Source: Schizochytrium sp. TIO01
Lineage: Eukaryota; Protista; Bigyra: Labyrinthulomycetes
Length of the DNA stretch: 64,000 nucleotides
Direction of reading: 5' to 3'
Assembly: GCA_004764695.1 (NCBI GenBank)
Contig: SMSO01000025.1
Span: 62,001-126,000, forward strand
The translations under genes and the position numbers were made by a program. The notes below the pieces were generated by a model. The model made no database searches. It was given only the letters and a program-made list of their open reading frames with translations, and was not told the origin of the DNA. Shown here piece by piece: positions 13,496-25,800 of the stretch. How positions within the stretch are numbered: the first letter of the stretch is position 1; each line of letters opens with the position of its first letter.

Positions 13496-14716
13496 CTAGC
13501 AGTGACGGCGGCCATGATGGCGGCGACGCTGACGCTGAACATGATACAAAGTAACGAAGGTAAGGTGGCACTCCCCCGAGCAGAATGATAGTCGTAGGGC
13601 TTCACGACCGACGGGGTCTACTCCTGGCGGCTGGACAAAGGGAAATATGGTGTGGCAGTGACGGCAGTTTCTAAACTCGCCAGAAACATTGCAATGCATG
13701 TCATCTAGAACCGAGCGGCTATAGGATCGTGGATGATGAACGTTGTTTGACAACACATACTGCGAGTTTCCCGATGATTGCATTGAATTTGAAGAGGCCC
13801 TATTGAGTGTAATTTGCCCTGAGTTGTGGGTCTGCTCAGTCTCCGTCAACATTGCTTCTCCGGAGGAACTCAAGACCCGGAATAGACCGCTCCGCTTTCG
13901 CACAGGACGCATCGAGGCAGTTGGTTGCTCTTCACCTTCCGAAGCGCTCGATGAATCCCTCCTCAGCTGCACCAGGGGACAATCCTCAACTCCTCCGTAA
14001 TCTTCTGGATCTTCTTCGTCTTCATCTTCTCCTCCTCGACCTTGACACGTTTCTCCGTGCTCAGTACCTTCTTCCTCATTGTCATCATCAACATTTACGG
14101 TACAGCTGACAAACTCCCTTTGTTCGGGCTCCGATCCCCAGCTCTGTTCACTGCATGCGTCAAAGTTCACAGCCTCGTTCGGTTCCATGTCCTGATCCTG
14201 TTTGAGGCACCTTGCGGCAAGCTTCTGTCTGCGCTGTGCTGCATCCAGGAGTGCACAGAACTGGCCCAAGCCGCCTTTCTCCGCCACACAGGTTCTGCGC
14301 AGACCTGGTCTCGAGCGGCGGCAGGGTCCGACCTGGAGTCCAGCCAACTCGGCGAGTGATGACCTTTTAGCGCTGCGAGGCGTTGCTGCGAGCTTCGCAA
14401 CCGTGTCCTGCGGGAGGTCTATGAGGCCGTCGTCGAAATCTTGGCGGCTCTGCGTCTTCTCAAGCTTGATTACATCTTGGGATTGAATTTGAAATCGTCG
14501 AAACGAGGCTGGGGCGTGGAGGGAGGTCAAGCTTGGCGAAGTCCGGGCCGCAGCCGCGCGAGCAGCAACTGTTTCGGGCGCTTGCGCAGTGGCTGGATTC
14601 TCGTCGCGCTCTAGGGCGCTGCGGAAGACCGCTGGCAGGTCATCCTCGTCATCCTTTTGTTCCTCCTCGCCCCGCGACGAGGAAGGCTGGTTCCGTGATC
14701 CTACGCGAAGCTCCAT
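13496..14716 (-). CDS. Mostly disordered protein with C-terminal FCS-type zinc finger (CX2C-X23-FCSXXC)
   Basis: GC-rich ORF of about 406 aa with first ATG at 14716. It has acidic and Ser-rich low-complexity tracts and ends with CRHC...FCSGECH. Confidence 0.75.
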   Translation of the reverse strand: MELRVGSRNQPSSSRGEEEQKDDEDDLPAVFRSALERDENPATAQAPETVAARAAAARTSPSLTSLHAPASFRRFQIQSQDVIKLEKTQSRQDFDDGLIDLPQDTVAKLAATPRSAKRSSLAELAGLQVGPCRRSRPGLRRTCVAEKGGLGQFCALLDAAQRRQKLAARCLKQDQDMEPNEAVNFDACSEQSWGSEPEQREFVSCTVNVDDDNEEEGTEHGETCQGRGGEDEDEEDPEDYGGVEDCPLVQLRRDSSSASEGEEQPTASMRPVRKRSGLFRVLSSSGEAMLTETEQTHNSGQITLNRASSNSMQSSGNSQYVLSNNVHHPRSYSRSVLDDMHCNVSGEFRNCRHCHTIFPFVQPPGVDPVGREALRLSFCSGECHLTFVTLYHVQRQRRRHHGRRHC

Positions 14717-14895
14717 TGCCACGCCCTGTCGATTGCTCTGTCTCTCGCTCGCTTGCTCTCGCCGGCCAGTCCAAAGAGGTCCAGAGTGTAGGGAGTAGAG
14801 GCGCGAGGGCCGGCGAGCGGGCGGAGCAGTTGAGGATCTGCTTCCTGTTTGAGTTTTGTACTAGTACTAGTAACTAAGTAGGTACGTAGGTATTC

Positions 14896-14968
14896 GTTTG
14901 TTTGTTTGTTTGTTTGTTTGTTTGTTTGTTTGTTTGTTTGTTTGTTTGTTTGTTTGTTTGTTTGTTTG
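14896..14968. repeat. (TTTG)n microsatellite, about 18 units
   Basis: Direct reading. Confidence 0.95.
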
Positions 14969-15385
14969 AACTTGTTTGGACTCATTTCTGTTAGTCTTTT
15001 TATTATAAAATACATTGATTGCTATTAGTAGAGATCTTTGTTGCTGCTTACCGTGGTGTCTATACGTATATCAACTAGTAGAAGGTACCTAGAGAAGGGA
15101 GATCTTTAGAAAAAGAAAGTTAAAAAAAAAAACGTTTTAAAAAAGCTTTATTCTTTCATTGCAATGTGAGGGGCGACTGTGGGTAGTATTGTAGGTAGAA
15201 GGCGGATGAATAGATATGAACTCTATTCCAAGAGAGCTTGAAGGTATGAAGCATGTGCTTTGCTCAATTGCCTATCGATCGGCCCATCAGTCAAACATGT
15301 TTCTATCTTTCCATCTATCTATCTATCGTTCCCTTTTCTTATTGACATCTGTAGTCGCTTCGATATTTCTTATCTCTATGATTTT

Positions 15386-15462
15386 AAAGAAAAGAAAAGA
15401 AAAGAAAAGAAAAGAAAAGAAAAGAAAAGAAAAGAAAAAGATATATATTATATTTATATTTT

Positions 15463-15494
<32 letters not shown>
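15386..15494. repeat. (AAAAG)n microsatellite followed by AT-rich and poly(A) tract
   Basis: Direct reading. Confidence 0.9.
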
Positions 15495-15496
<2 letters not shown>

Positions 15497-18400
15497 AGGC
15501 GGGGGAAGAGGATACAATTTCCTCGGACACTTCACTCTAATTTAATTCCATAGTCCTCAACTTTGTAAATCTTTCAATTCCAAGAAAACGACCGACCAAG
15601 AGATGCAGATCAATAAACCCATTGCCGCAGAGCAGATGTTTTGACTGGATGTATGCCCCAATCACCAGCCTGAAGGAGTGTGTCAAGCAAGCAAGCAAGC
15701 AAGCACGCAAGCAAGCTTCTATTTCCACTCAGCTTGGCAAGTTCAAGAATTAACAACAATGAAGCAACGAACCGACGAACTTTTGCGTTTCATTCAAGCA
15801 GAGACAGACACAGATCCTTCCATCTGCTCAACTTTAACCGTGCCAGTAAAGACTTTGGAGTTTGCCCTTTCTTCGTACTCAACAAAGAGGCAACCAGTAA
15901 AGCCTCGGGATTGCAGCGACCTTTGTTCGAGCTCTCGAGACGTCCCCTACGCGTGGAAACTGGGCGCTGTACCGGGACGATCGCTCGCACACGAGGAATA
16001 TCCAGGCCATCGCCGTAGGTCTCTTCGCCACTGCCTGGATTGATTTGGAGAGAAGGACTTGAGCGCCCTGAAGACAGCGCAGCATTGTCATGCACCGCTG
16101 TCTTCATCAGTATCAGCTGTCATCATCATCATCATTCCCTGTCGCTGTCGATTTCAATTTCAATTTTGTTTTGATACTTATTTTAAAATAAAACTTCTAA
16201 GCAATGGATGAACTATAATATACAGGCTTCACTGCCGCACACGCTACTCTGCGATAGGATTAAACTCTATTTTGGGAAGCAGGCACGTGTAATACATTAT
16301 TACATGCGTCCTTCGGCACGCTCAGCACTGCGGGGGACTAGCGCGAGGAAAAGAGCATCTGTCCCGTTTCAAAGGTGCAACAAACCTTCACAAAGTCGCC
16401 TGGAGTTTTAGGAATGGAGCATTAGCGCGTCACGAGAGGCACCTCATTTGGCGCATCGTGTGAGTGCCATCTCCATAATCTATCTACCACTTCAAGAGGC
16501 GCGAAGTGACCAATTGGCGAGATTTTGAGACCCATCCTTAATTTTCACTTTTAAAATATGCACAGAGAGAAACAAATAAATAATATTTTACTTTACTCTG
16601 TATTATTTTGATTAAAAGTTATTTTGTCGGAAGAGAGCCTCTCGCGGCTGTGGACTGAAAGAGAGAGGCCTGCTCCACTGCGGGGATTTAACTATTTTCG
16701 CACTAGTTTAGAGTCCTAATCGTCAAGACGTGTCGATCGCTCAAGAACTTGATAGAGAACTCGAGCAGACTGAGAGTGAATAAGTAGAAACAAATGTAAA
16801 TTTAAAAAATAAATTAAACTATTAAAAAAAAGCGCTTCCCATCCCTTACTTATTGGAAACCCTCGAAAACCTCAGGCCCTACACATCCTCTCGAGGCGAG
16901 TTGAAGCTAAAGCCATCATCTCCGCATTTCTGCTGTCAAGAGCCGAAGCTTTTCAAGGGCTCCACCCATCCATCTATCTATCCATCTGTCAGTCAGTCAG
17001 TCAGTCAGCTGGCGCCTACGGTGTCGGCATCAAGCAGCCTTTTGCATGAAAGACCTTGGACACGGATTTCACTCTCGAAGTTCATGTCTTCAAATGAGCC
17101 TGTGCCGTTCCAAGCGTTCAGACTCCAAAGGGGCAAAGAAGAACAGTCAGCCAAAGTCAAACTCGGAAAAGCTCAACCAAAGTCAGCAAAACTCGCCTGT
17201 GCACGCCAGAGAGTACCTGCCTGCCTGCCTGCCTTCGGGAAAGGGCCCCAATAGTCTCGCTCGCGAGACAGCGGCGCGTTCCTCGATGGGCTTGAAGAAG
17301 GCTCGCTCAATCTTCTCCTCGTCCTTCGATCATCCTGCGAAGCCGCTCTTTAGTCGCATCCATCCATCATCAGCAAACAAGCACCGTTAGAGTGAACGAG
17401 TGCCGCGCGCCAGCAGCCAGCAGCCACTATCCCACCGGACCTCGCGTACCACAGCGGAATAGACCACATGGTACACCCAGTCCTGTGCAGCCGAACTGCT
17501 CACACCAAGGTCTTTCATTCGACTTGTTTCTTCTCTCCCTTTGCACTGCCTCTCTCTTTCCCTCTTTAACACACACTCTCCAAATCGATGAATACCCACT
17601 CTCCATTAATAAAGGGTATACAGGAATTGGACTCATCAGAGTTCGACTTGATCAAACTTCAGTTGAACAGACACCTGTTATGGCAAGGTACAGGAGAGTT
17701 TAGCGTGGCCAGCCTCCTCCATGTCAAAAAAAGAGGACATGTATTTAGTTATAATCTGTACAGGGGACTGCGAGCTCCTCGTTTTCCAGAGACAGCCATT
17801 TTCATTTCTCGCATCGATCGAAACCTGAGAATTAGCTTGAAGCTGCTTCCTCTCAGAGGCTGGCTCCCACATTTCGTTTCGCGTCCTCTGCCCTGCACTG
17901 GGGTCCTCAGAGGGAGTGGGTCGTGCGGTTCCTGAGAGGGAAGCCCCGCATAAGCCCACGGAACTCTCAAACACAGAGGGAGCTCAGCCTCCTCTGTCCT
18001 TGGCCTTCGGCTGAATGGCTGACTGATGATCATACAGCTAGCAAGTCTTTATTTAATTTAAGTATGTATATTATAAATATTAAACAAAGTTTTAAAATTG
18101 AAGTTTTTTTAAAAGTGTTTTTTTTTTTTTTTTTTTTTTTTAAAATAAACTAATCATGTGTTTTTCTTGCATTTAAAGTTAATTAAAAATTAAAATGAAA
18201 TAGATTAGACTAGGCGGTGCTTCGCGATGCCTGCTCCGCTGCGGAGTCTTTCAAAGTTTCTCCCTCTTGATTGATTGCTGATAGGAGAGGATTAGAATCA
18301 GTGATGGCCTCACTGGAATTTGTGAATGCGCGTCATCTTTGAGATGCGAACTGAGCGAGTGTCGCATTCTTGCAAGCGAAGGCTAACTATGCCGACGCCG

Positions 18401-19362
18401 TCAGAATTGGCGGTGCAAGTTCGCTTACCGTCAGACTTCATTTCTCTCTTCACCCTTTGATGAGTTCCGAAGGACGCTCGTAGTCCTTGCTTCAAGACGC
18501 CCCGGAGCTCGAGGAAAGTAAGTAAGTATGGAGAAGTAATATACCAAGCAAGCAAGCAACAGCACAAGAACTCCATCGTTTCAGGTTTCAAGCTGGCCGC
18601 TGCAACGCCAATAAAGCGCCTTCTTCTCTAGACCCGTCATCCTTCAAGTGAAATGAACTTGAGCGAATGAATCGGCATTCATTCTTGCGCTATTGCGGCC
18701 TTATTGAGGTTTCCCGCCTCAGATTCCAATCCATTTGGAGAAGCGGGGAAAGAAGGGGGGAAGCACTCTCGATAAGCGCTAAAAAGCGAACTTTAAAACC
18801 GGTATTTGAAAATCCCGACCAGGACGGCACCTCTCACTCAGTTGGGAACCGCACTCCGAAGCCGCGAGGAATCGCCTTTGCAGGCGACAGAAACGCATTT
18901 CAACAAGCGATGAGCGGCTTTCTTTCTTATCTGCAGTTTGGCTTGCTTTCTCAAGAAGAGTCGGCTCGACCAGCGAACACACCGGTTCTTCGAGAGCCCC
19001 CCCCTCCTCGCGTAATGGCTTTGGATCTCAATCCCCCCGTCACCATTTTGCGACCCGCCAGCAGGCAGAAACTTCGTTGCATGTAGTCGTAGATAGTTGG
19101 GCACATGATTTTGCGATTGGGCTCACCAGCTTTGCAAGAAAAAGGCATTCGCTTTCTTTGCTTCTTGATTGCAACGACTGTTTCCGATGTCTTAGTCGAG
19201 TCGAGTCGAGTCGAGTTGAGTCAAGTCGCGAGAAAGAGCCCTCTTTCTCCACGCAGAGAGTGAAAGACGCGAGTCGGGTCTTTCGCCGAGTCAACGTCCT
19301 GTCTTTCACTGTCTTTCCCTGTCTTTCAAAAGCAAGTTCTCCCTTAGCAGAGCTAGAAAAGC

Positions 19363-19363
<1 letters not shown>

Positions 19364-19439
<76 letters not shown>
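19364..19439. repeat. (AGAT)n microsatellite, about 19 units
   Basis: Direct reading. Confidence 0.95.
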
Positions 19440-22369
19440 TGAGGCTGCCACGAGTACGTTCACGCTGCTTGAGCTTAAGCAGCGGCGCACACCCCATCAA
19501 CGGAGACGCAAGAGGCCCCCGACAGATAGATTCAAGTTCGTCCAGATGCTAGCTAGCTAGATAGATGGATGGAGCGCGTTAGGAATTGAACTTGCTTGTT
19601 CGAAGAGCAAGTTGAGGCACCTACGTAGGTACGTGTCTATGATAGAGAGCGGCCAAAAGTCAGTTGGCCAACCTGCAACCTGGGCTTTGGCCTCTTTCAA
19701 ACTAGTACAGCACACGCGAAACTTTTTTGCAGAAATCAAGCATCCGCTTCAGGCTTTTTCTTCAGCTTAAAAATGAGTTTATGTTGTTTCAAAATAAACT
19801 AATAAAATAAAAATAAAAGTACCTATCTATAACTAGATATGTAAGTTTGGAAACAAAAACGAAGATGAAAAGGATGGGGGACTCGGAAGGAGCTGCCAAG
19901 GATTAGGTAGGGTCTGCCTAAAACAGTATTGGACATCGTTACGCGACGATTGGGGCGGAAGATCGAGCATATGCATAATAAGCAGGATACACGCACCACC
20001 GTCTCTTTTGGAGCGGAGGTCTATCATGCGTTAAAGCCCTAAAGTAAAGATGTTTTGCACTCTTGGGCCTGCCACTGCTTTCTAGCTGCTGCCTGCCCAC
20101 AGCGCAAGGATAGTCTCGTTGTTCCGTAGTGTCCCACAGCTCAGGATCAAATCCCCACAGTCATGATAATCGGCTGCTAGAAGAAGCAGAGAGAACGCAT
20201 AACTTTGACAGCCTGAGGTTGTCTTTCCCTTTTACGCAACCAGGCTTCTTCGTTGTGTTATTTGGCAGCCAGTCCTGCAAGTCTCATGAATGGCTTGTAT
20301 AGTGGTTGCAAGTACTCGTATAATTTTGGAAACCAGCAGCATTTCCTCCGTCGCAATGGACCGTGAACAAACTCTAGTAGGAACACTGGAGGATTGTTGG
20401 TTTCCGACTCGTTTTGCACATTTTGACTTTACTTACAATCCTCGATGCATCAACCGTTGCCGTAACATACAGTTGCACGGTAGATTTGATCCAGATTTCA
20501 TGTGCTAAATGTAGCTGCCCATTTATTCTTGCGGAATTTTGACCAACGCCGACACAGTGTCGTACTGAGCAGGATGCCAGAATTATGGAGAGAAGAGTAT
20601 CGAACACTATTGGAGAAACTAACTATGTCTCGTGGCAAAGAAATGAGTACTCACTTTCCTTGTCAAAACACTCTGCCCATAAGCTGATATCGTACTTTGT
20701 GCGCACAAGCGCTGGCTTGACCTAGATACCATTATTCAAGCAGAGATTGGATTCTCCACATATTCCGCTCGCTAAGGGAGCCTAATGACTGGTTGATCCA
20801 AGGATTCATAACGAACGCCTAAACCTTAAGCATTATTCTTGACTCGCTAGAGTACGGCACGCCGGTTCAGGTCTGTCAGGGGGATGAAACGGGGAAGGCA
20901 GGCAAGGCGTGAGTAACCGCGTTTACCCCTTTGTACATCCTCATTGTTGGCGGACAGCTTTTGGCACGTTTATGGCTAACGGCAACGGTATTTCCTTTCA
21001 TAGATTGTCTATTTTCTATTTTCTATTTTTTTTTTTAAGTTTCAAAATTAGGTATATCATGCTGCAAAGTCAAATACTACACGATCTTTTTAAAATGAAA
21101 AACTTTTCTATTTCGCAAGTTCCCATATTCAAAACATTTTCATTTAAAAAAAAATACAATTAATAATGAAAAATTGAAACTTTTTTTAAAAAACTAAAAG
21201 TAAAAGGTTATATAACAATTAAATATCTAATACTTAAAAGGCTGTCTTCTGATTGGCCATCGCATCGTCCAGCATATGATGTGTATCCCGGTTAAAGAGG
21301 AGACAATCAACAGGAGGCAGCGATACCAAAGTCTGAAAATTGGGGAGCGGTAATGAGGCAGACTGAGTTTCCAATCCTGATGAAAGAGGAGAACGTATAT
21401 CTGGCCTGTGGAATCTCCGCAAAGTCAACTAACCCTCAGCCAGCCTGGGTGTGGGGCGCCTTTTAGCGAAGGATTGAAGGAAGAAGGCTCCTCACTTTGA
21501 GGAATGATAACAGGAAGAAACTAGCTGATCGTGGCAATGGGGTCGGTAGCTCAGCTAGCTGTACCTATCATGCGAGGGTATGATATAGACGAGGTTGAAC
21601 TTGAAGAGGAAGAAAAGAACAGCGGCGTCACGGCCAACAGAAGGAACGATCTTCCTTGTTAGAGAGCTAAGTCAGGTCACTGGACAGGTCAACTTTGTCG
21701 TTAGGAGCATTGCGCCGCCTCCGGTGTCCATTCCGCGAAGCTATCAGCTTGTATGTTGAAGCAAGTTTGTGCCTGCGCTTTTTGGCCATCAGTGTGGGGA
21801 GGCAGTTTCGGTGGTACCAGTAGAAGGTAGCTAGCTACTATCAGCGTTGCTGCAGATTATTCATAGCGATCGATTGCTGAGCGCGCAATATTGAGCGATC
21901 GATTGATTGGCTGAGAGAGATCGATTTCAGGGCTCTCGCGTCGCTGCAAGTGGGATTGAATTGGAGCTCTGCCTGCTGCTCATCTTGAGCCCTCGCTCGT
22001 CCTCTTCTGACAAACAGGGCTTCTCGCACGAGGTCGTCTCCCTCCAAACCAAGCAGCTTTCGAAGATCACCGTCAGCGATCGAACTGTTCAATATGGACG
22101 ACTGGTTCGATTTCAAGATTCGAAGCTGCGGCGATGAAGGCGGCGTAAGAAGCCGAGAGATGAGAGTGGAGCACGGCCCACTCTGCTTGAGCGCGATTGA
22201 GCAGTTGAGCGAGCGAGTGAGAGTCGGTAACGGCAATAGGAACCCCCCTTCTATTGGCGCCTATCTACTTATGCCGTGAGCTGGAAGATCGACCTTTTAC
22301 CCTCAATCAAAGACGCCTCGGGAATGGGAAGAAAGCGATGGCGCGAACCTCAAAGATTGCAGTCACGCG

Positions 22370-22420
22370 TAGTAAGTTAGTTAGTTAGTTAGTTAGTAAG
22401 TAAGTAAGTAAGTAAGTAAG
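22370..22420. repeat. Compound (TTAG)n(TAAG)n microsatellite
   Basis: Direct reading. Confidence 0.85.
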
Positions 22421-22450
22421 AAAGTTAGAGCTTTAATGACCATTACCACA

Positions 22451-22877
22451 CAAACAATTGAACAAGTTCAAACAAACAAGCAAACAATTGAACAAGTTCA
22501 AACAAACAAGCAAACAATTGAACAAGTTCAAACAAACAAGCAAACAATTGAACAAGTTCAAACAAATAAACAAACAAACAAACAAACAATTGAACAAGTT
22601 CAAACAATTGAACAAGTTCAAACAAACAAGCAAACAATTGAACAAGTTCAAACAAATAAACAAACAAACAAACAAACAATTGAACAAGTTCAAACAATTG
22701 AACAAGTTCAAACAATTGAACAAGTTCAAACAATTGAACAAGTTCAAACAATTGAACAAGTTCAAACAATTGAACAAGTTCAAACAATTGAACAAGTTCA
22801 AACAATTGAACAAGTTCAAACAATTGAACAAGTTCAAACAATTGAACAAGTTCAAACAATTGAACAAACAAACAAAC
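22451..22877. repeat. Composite minisatellite: about 18 copies of the 18-bp unit CAAACAATTGAACAAGTT interspersed with (CAAA)3 or (CAAA)6 blocks
   Basis: Direct reading. Unit spacings are 18, 30 or 42 bp. Confidence 0.95.
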
Positions 22878-25800
22878 CATTGGAGGCAAGTCAGAACAGG
22901 AAGACTCGCACTACCTACACTTTGAATCGCATTGTCTGCCTTGCCAGAAGTGGAGGTATCGCTGGTTGGGCCTAAGCATGACTTGAGGTTCAGGTGGCAT
23001 CGTGCTGACTTATGGAGGAGAGCAAGAGCCTGGAAAGCGAATGGTCTGCATTACTTTAACTTGGCGCACAGATGGGGCGAAACCCGAGAACGAAAAGGCA
23101 TGAAAAGTGCCCGCTTTGGTGTAATTTACCCTGTACGCCAACAACAAAGAGGCCCCCAGCGGCGAGTTTCAGAAAGTTCTCGTGAATGGCTGACCACAAC
23201 CAGCTACTTCCTGGCAATTGCAGCCTTGTCCTGGCGAATGAGAGCTTCCACTAGATCATGACTTTTTGAAAGTCTCAACCCGGTCGGTGGCACCAGCATT
23301 AGTACTGCAGTATAACCACAGAAACCTTTGTGCAATTCACCAACTGACCTCGTCCGAAGGTGAATTTCTTCTCTGAAGGAAGTACTGGCGACACCGCTTA
23401 GAGGCGACATTGCCAATCTATCTCGCTGCAGAAAACTGGTCAGTCTCGCTACGTTGTGGCCTGTCTTGAAAGTCGAAAATGCCCCGTGCGCTGATGAGCT
23501 ATAGGTAAGACGGCGAAGGCTGCATAATATTAGGAGCTTGCACATCTTGCAGAAGAACATACTTCTTTGCAAATTGCACTCCCATAGAGATCGAGCGCGT
23601 CATTTTACACGGGAAAGAAAGCCAACCAACCCCACACTTGTCGAAGAATTTGAAGTGCAGTCCCGCTTAAAAAAGAGGTCAACTCCGAGCAAAAGTGGGT
23701 ATTCGAGCACGCGCCATTGAATGAATGATCAGGAGCCTCGTGCTTCACTATCTTTCAGAGCTCAGAATTCACCGCCTTGGCACGCCAACCTGGACGGACT
23801 CGAACGCGTCAGACCCGGTTTCGAAATGATGCACTTTAGAAAGAGAAGCTAAAAAAGGAAAAACCTAAAAAAAAACAGTAACGCCCCTTTTGAAAGCATT
23901 GCATATTAGTGAAGGCGAGAGAAAAAGCTATGGGGCTGCCAAGGCCTGAAGTGAAAAAGGATCGTGCAGGACATCAATGAACATTAAGAAGTATGGATGT
24001 TGCTGGCATGTATGAATGAAAACTCAGATAAAGCTTGTAGCAATAGCATCATGCGTTCTTGACCAGGCATTTGCTAGAGCAAAAGGGGAACTATCGAGTC
24101 TTGGATCTCGCGGCTGTCAGCTCACTACCTAACTACTACATGGCTTGCTGATCCATAACGTTGTCCCCCTTTTGAAAACTTTCTGTTGATCTTTGCACTT
24201 TAGGTAACCTACCCCGGATCTAATGCTGTTTGCTCTAACAAGCAGTCGGTGCAACTGTACGGTGTACCAGAAGCAAGCTTCATAGTCCATAACCAAAAAG
24301 ATATATCCCGAATGAAGAATAGCAGCTTTCCATTGGAAAAATGGCGTTTGAGAAAACTCCAAAGACTATAACGAGACGATATACCAATTCCAGCACAGGC
24401 GTCTTGCCATAACAGCCAACGCTTTTAGGTGACTAGCCACATTTCACTTCGTATCTTCTTGAAACATGGTAAAGCCTCTCCACCAGGAGAAACTGAAGAG
24501 TCATTATTGTAAAAATAGAGACGACGGGTCAGAGCAGCACCTTCCTATTTGTACATCACAATATTCATACGCGCCCTCGCCACCGGGATCTCAACGCTTT
24601 TGTATTTCCGAAATACTTTACATCACAATGCATCTTCCCCCCCCCTCTAAGTATATATTTAATCACCTAATGTAGTTTTAGGGGAGGCCAGAGAAGGTAA
24701 AATGCACTAAACAGTACAAAATAAAATTACATCTTTGACTTCAAATCTTTAAAAAGGGATTTAGCTTTTGCGCATGCGCGAAGTTTCTTGTGTTGTAGAG
24801 TTGAAAGAACACACATCTACTAACAGCTCGTTCAGGACTTTCAAAACAAGTGGTACATTTAAGAGTTTTCAGCTTCAATCCTTGATACTTTTGCAATCTC
24901 TCTGGTAACAATTTGAGCACCACAGAATTGTTGTTGAACCCAGCACTGTATCAGGCAGTTGCAATTTATCTCCACCTTGCCACAATCACACCATGCCGTG
25001 ACTTAACCTTTTACCTTGATTAGAACATCTAAAAGACTTTTAAATGTAGTTCTTAGTATTACACTGCAGAAAGACGCTTTTAAATTTCCCATGGACTCAA
25101 ATTTGCAGCTAAGCCTCGATCTAAATGAGAGATGCCAATATCACAGAGAAATGGGAACTACATAAAACAACACAGCGTAGTAGTTAAAGCATCAAAGCTT
25201 CAGTCAGGGTCATAGTTTGACCATAGCATACATAGTAATTGGAATGAAACCCTGATTCTCTCCTCGATTGTAAAATTCTCGTCTGCAGATTGTTTCCAGG
25301 TCAAAACCATGATGGCAGCCCATGTGACGACTCAAAACAATTGCTTTGGCATCCCGAGTCCATAGCAAACGTTGCAAGATCTCAGCTCTGAATGCAACTT
25401 AGGTCGGCTCATTGAAGATGAATCAATGCAGAGCCCTCTCATGAGCATCAGCGCTGATTTCTGTTGCATACATTGACGGCCAGGACGGCGTCGCGCAAAC
25501 TTAATTTAAGATTGCTTTTAAGAGGCACTCGTTGAATTAGACCCGACACACGCCGGGCCTCCAATAGTACGAGTTTCGTCTACATGAATGAATTCTTATG
25601 GATAAGCCTGTCATCACATGTACGATTTGAACTCACAGCAGAGTGGGATCTGCCGAGAATATACCTTGAATCCTATGATCTCCTTCTCCCAGACAAGATA
25701 TAGTTATTTGATTCATGTTGTCCAGGTGCTACAGAGCTTGAAATTGCGAGGGTTTAACTCTAACCCCTCGAGCACAGCTCTGCTTCCCAGCTTCAAGTTC

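Noticed and set aside
14701-19500. ORFs made of microsatellites (QTNK, KEKKR and LSIY repeats)
   Set aside because: Artefacts of stop-free simple repeats.
21538-21610. tRNA-like start GGGGTCGGTAGCTCAG
   Set aside because: No TTCG T-loop and no complementary acceptor stem.
22451-22877. CRISPR-like array
   Set aside because: No unique spacers, no cas genes and a eukaryotic context.
20290-25500. Possible decayed coding fragments (20290-20687, 23204-23572, 24130-24560)
   Set aside because: No family could be recognised; a translated database search is needed.
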